Below, piece after piece: positions 61,435 to 64,000 of a DNA stretch of 64,000 nucleotides. The stretch comes from Cirrosporium novae-zelandiae (Eukaryota). Position 1 is the stretch's first letter; every line of letters begins with the position of its first letter. The stretch is taken from positions 62,001-126,000 of the forward strand of contig JAPETS010000004.1 of assembly GCA_026023565.1 (NCBI GenBank), read 5' to 3'. The position numbers and the translations under genes were made by a program. The notes below the pieces were generated by a model. That model made no database searches, was not told the DNA's origin, and saw only the letters and a program-made list of their open reading frames with translations.

Positions 61435-64000
61435 ATGTCATCTCAGTCGCTAGATGGCCAGCTAAGCCAAGCTATTATACAATCTGTGCAATATGGATCT
61501 TTCCCAGACTCTGACCATGTCAGTGCTGCAGAACTATCCTCGAGTGCTTTACAACATACACTAGATGGTCTGGATTACGCTCAAAACACGGTAAAGGTAA
61601 GTCCCTATACTCCGGGTTTAGGATTTAGAATTAATTAATTCTAGGAAGATATCCGGACCTTAAGTCGCGATATCGCACCAGACATTGATGGGTGGATCAT
61701 ACAAGCTCGACAACTCCACACAGATATAAAGAAATCTCAGGCGACAGCTCGGGATATCGTTAGCCAACATGAGGTTACGCAGACTCTTAATGAGCGGACC
61801 CTGAATTCGTCGAATAAACTGAGCCTCCTACAGAATGAACTCTTGTTTAATAATTCATTAGAGCAATCTCTAAGGATCATTAAAGACTTGCATGATGGGA
61901 TCCGGAGATTGGAGGATTCTATTTTTGAAGATCGCATACGAGATGCAATCGAAAAGTTATTAAGATTAGAAGATGGTCTTTCTGCCTTGGTTGGATTGGA
62001 AGAAACTCGTGCGGCAGAGATCTTAAGCAAGAGAATTTCTAATTTACACGGTAGGGTACGAAAAATAATATCGGGTTATTGGGATGAACTTGTTTATTTC
62101 GACCCTACCACAAAGACGGTTACTATCAACAAGGTTTTAACTGAATCTGGTTCTAAAACTCCCAGCATGAAGCTATCTGATGTTGTAACTACTCTATCGG
62201 AACTTGATTTTTTGGACGAAAAACTTGACCTGTTCTGCAAAAGGCTTAAAGATATGGTACTATGGCCCCGAATGGTGGCTACTTCAAATGGTACTTTAGC
62301 GGGCGTTCAAGTAGAGCGAGGATTTAAGATCACCGTATCTGGATTATCTGACAGACAAAGCCTTTTGGAACTCATCAAAGATCTAGAATCTATCATTGAA
62401 TTGATTGGCAGCAATTTTCCGTTGACCGTAATTGGTCCTATCTCAGAGCGGTTGATGCCTGCAATCTTAGAGAAGCTCAAAGACCAATGGTTATTGCCAA
62501 CAGTTCCAACGAAACTCTTTGAAATCCTTGAATTCGAGAAGGTTCTCAATGCTATAAAGAATTTCGCAGATTACTTGAATGTATCTCGTTGGCCGGGAAA
62601 GATGGAGTTGGTGGACTGGGTTGAACAACTTCCTCGTATATGGCTCACCAAGAGGAGAGAAAATGCATTGGATCAGGTCCGCGGCCATCTGGCTGCTGGT
62701 TTGAAGGACTTTAAGGTCGTCGAACGGACTGAAACCCAAACGGTAACTAGCGGGGGAAGTGACGATTGGGATGCTGGATGGTCTGATGAAGGAGATAATT
62801 TGGAGAGGAAGTCTGTTCCTGATAACCAATCTCAGCCTGCCAGCGCTGGCGACGAAGACATTAGTGGTGCCTGGGGTTTTGATGCTGATTCGGAAGATGC
62901 TGACCTCCATCCTGGATCAGATGATAAACCAGGGACTGATGAAGATATTGAAGATGCATGGGGATGGGGTGATGAGACTGATGTTCAGGATATTCTAGAA
63001 ACCGAGATATCTCCAAAGCCAGAGCAGACGGGTAAGAGCAATGGAGCCCCCGAAGTTCAGAAGCATACAGAACGTGAAGTTACCCTGAAAGAGACGTTCA
63101 GTATTTCTTCGCTTCCTGAAGAAATCTTTGAAGTAATAACCCAACAAATTAAAGATGCTGAAGCACTTGCTGGACCAGAGTATGCCCTCGAATGTCCCTC
63201 TACTTTTCTATCACTAACATAATTAAAGGTACTCTAGATACCGAGTAGCCTCGGCCTCCACAGGTCTCATCCCCTTACTCCCCCTTATTCTTGCAATGTT
63301 CAAAGCCGTTGCACCCCTCTTCTACGAAACCCACGAAAGTGGTAATATGTACCTGTACAATGATAGCCTGTGGCTCGCGGAGCAACTCCGGACAGCTAAT
63401 CAAACCCCTCATCCTGGCCGTCTAAAGCTCGATCCTGACATCGAAACCCTCGAGAGTTTTGGCAAACTCTCCTATAGCAGAGAAATGGAAACCCAACGGA
63501 TTATCCTCGGCGATTTACTTGATGGTGCTCAAGGTTTCGCTAACTGCACTGAGTCACCTTTCTCTGATGCGTGTGATACGGCGGTAAGTTCTGTAGTCGA
63601 TCGCATTAAACAAATCAACGCGCAATGGACGCCCGTACTTTCGCGTTCAGCGTTGCTGCAGGCAACTGGGTCGCTCCTATCGACAATCGTCAGTAAAATC
63701 CTAGTCGACATCGAGAGCATGGATGACATATCTGAACCGGAATCCCAACGCCTTACCGCCTTCTGCCACCAAATCTCTTTCCTCAACTCCCTTTTCCTCC
63801 GCGAAAAATCCGACATAGACACATCATCTGAGGCCGTGCCCCTTACAGCTGTATACACCCCAAACTGGCTTAAATTCGAGTACCTAGCTACCATTCTTGA
63901 AAGCTCTCTGGTCGATATCAAGGGCTTGTGGGCGGAAGGGTACCTGAAAAACGAGTTTACGGCTGATGAGCTGGTTGATTTGATCAAGGCTTTGTTTGCC
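61435..64000 (+). CDS. DSL1: Dsl1/ZW10-like ER tethering / kinetochore protein (runs off the window end)
   Basis: N-terminal coiled coil (DIDGWIIQARQL), acidic Trp loop (DDWDAGW, AWGF, AWGWGD), MYLYNDSLW, C-terminal PNWLKFEYL..ILESSLVDI..W. Confidence 0.78.

Overview
Gene-dense window from a filamentous ascomycete (Pezizomycotina-type) nuclear genome with many short GT-AG introns. About 27 mostly housekeeping genes were reconstructed by hand, several largely missed by the ORF track (CYT1, LSM5, RPB11, bL34m). Also present: sphingolipid C9-methyltransferase, a probable securin, tropomyosin, RRP17, transaldolase-like, Voa1/BIG1-like, ADE17, an expansin-like DPBB protein, fasciclin, a Zn2Cys6 TF, a 2OG-Fe(II) oxygenase, a TPR/MYND/SET-like protein, PRE4, eIF2-gamma, nitronate monooxygenase, a WRN-type exonuclease, STE24, an M16 peptidase and Dsl1/ZW10. 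Three decaying genes are interspersed (MCT-type MFS, membrane+ankyrin, RRM). No tRNA, rRNA, CRISPR or intact transposon was seen, and no clearly novel multi-gene system. The best leads are an RRM gene broken only by TAG stops, a 26-bp hairpin, a probable pseudo-SET protein, a membrane microprotein, a recurring TACCTAGGTA palindrome and a predicted 34-nt intron. All family calls come from motif recognition, not database searches.
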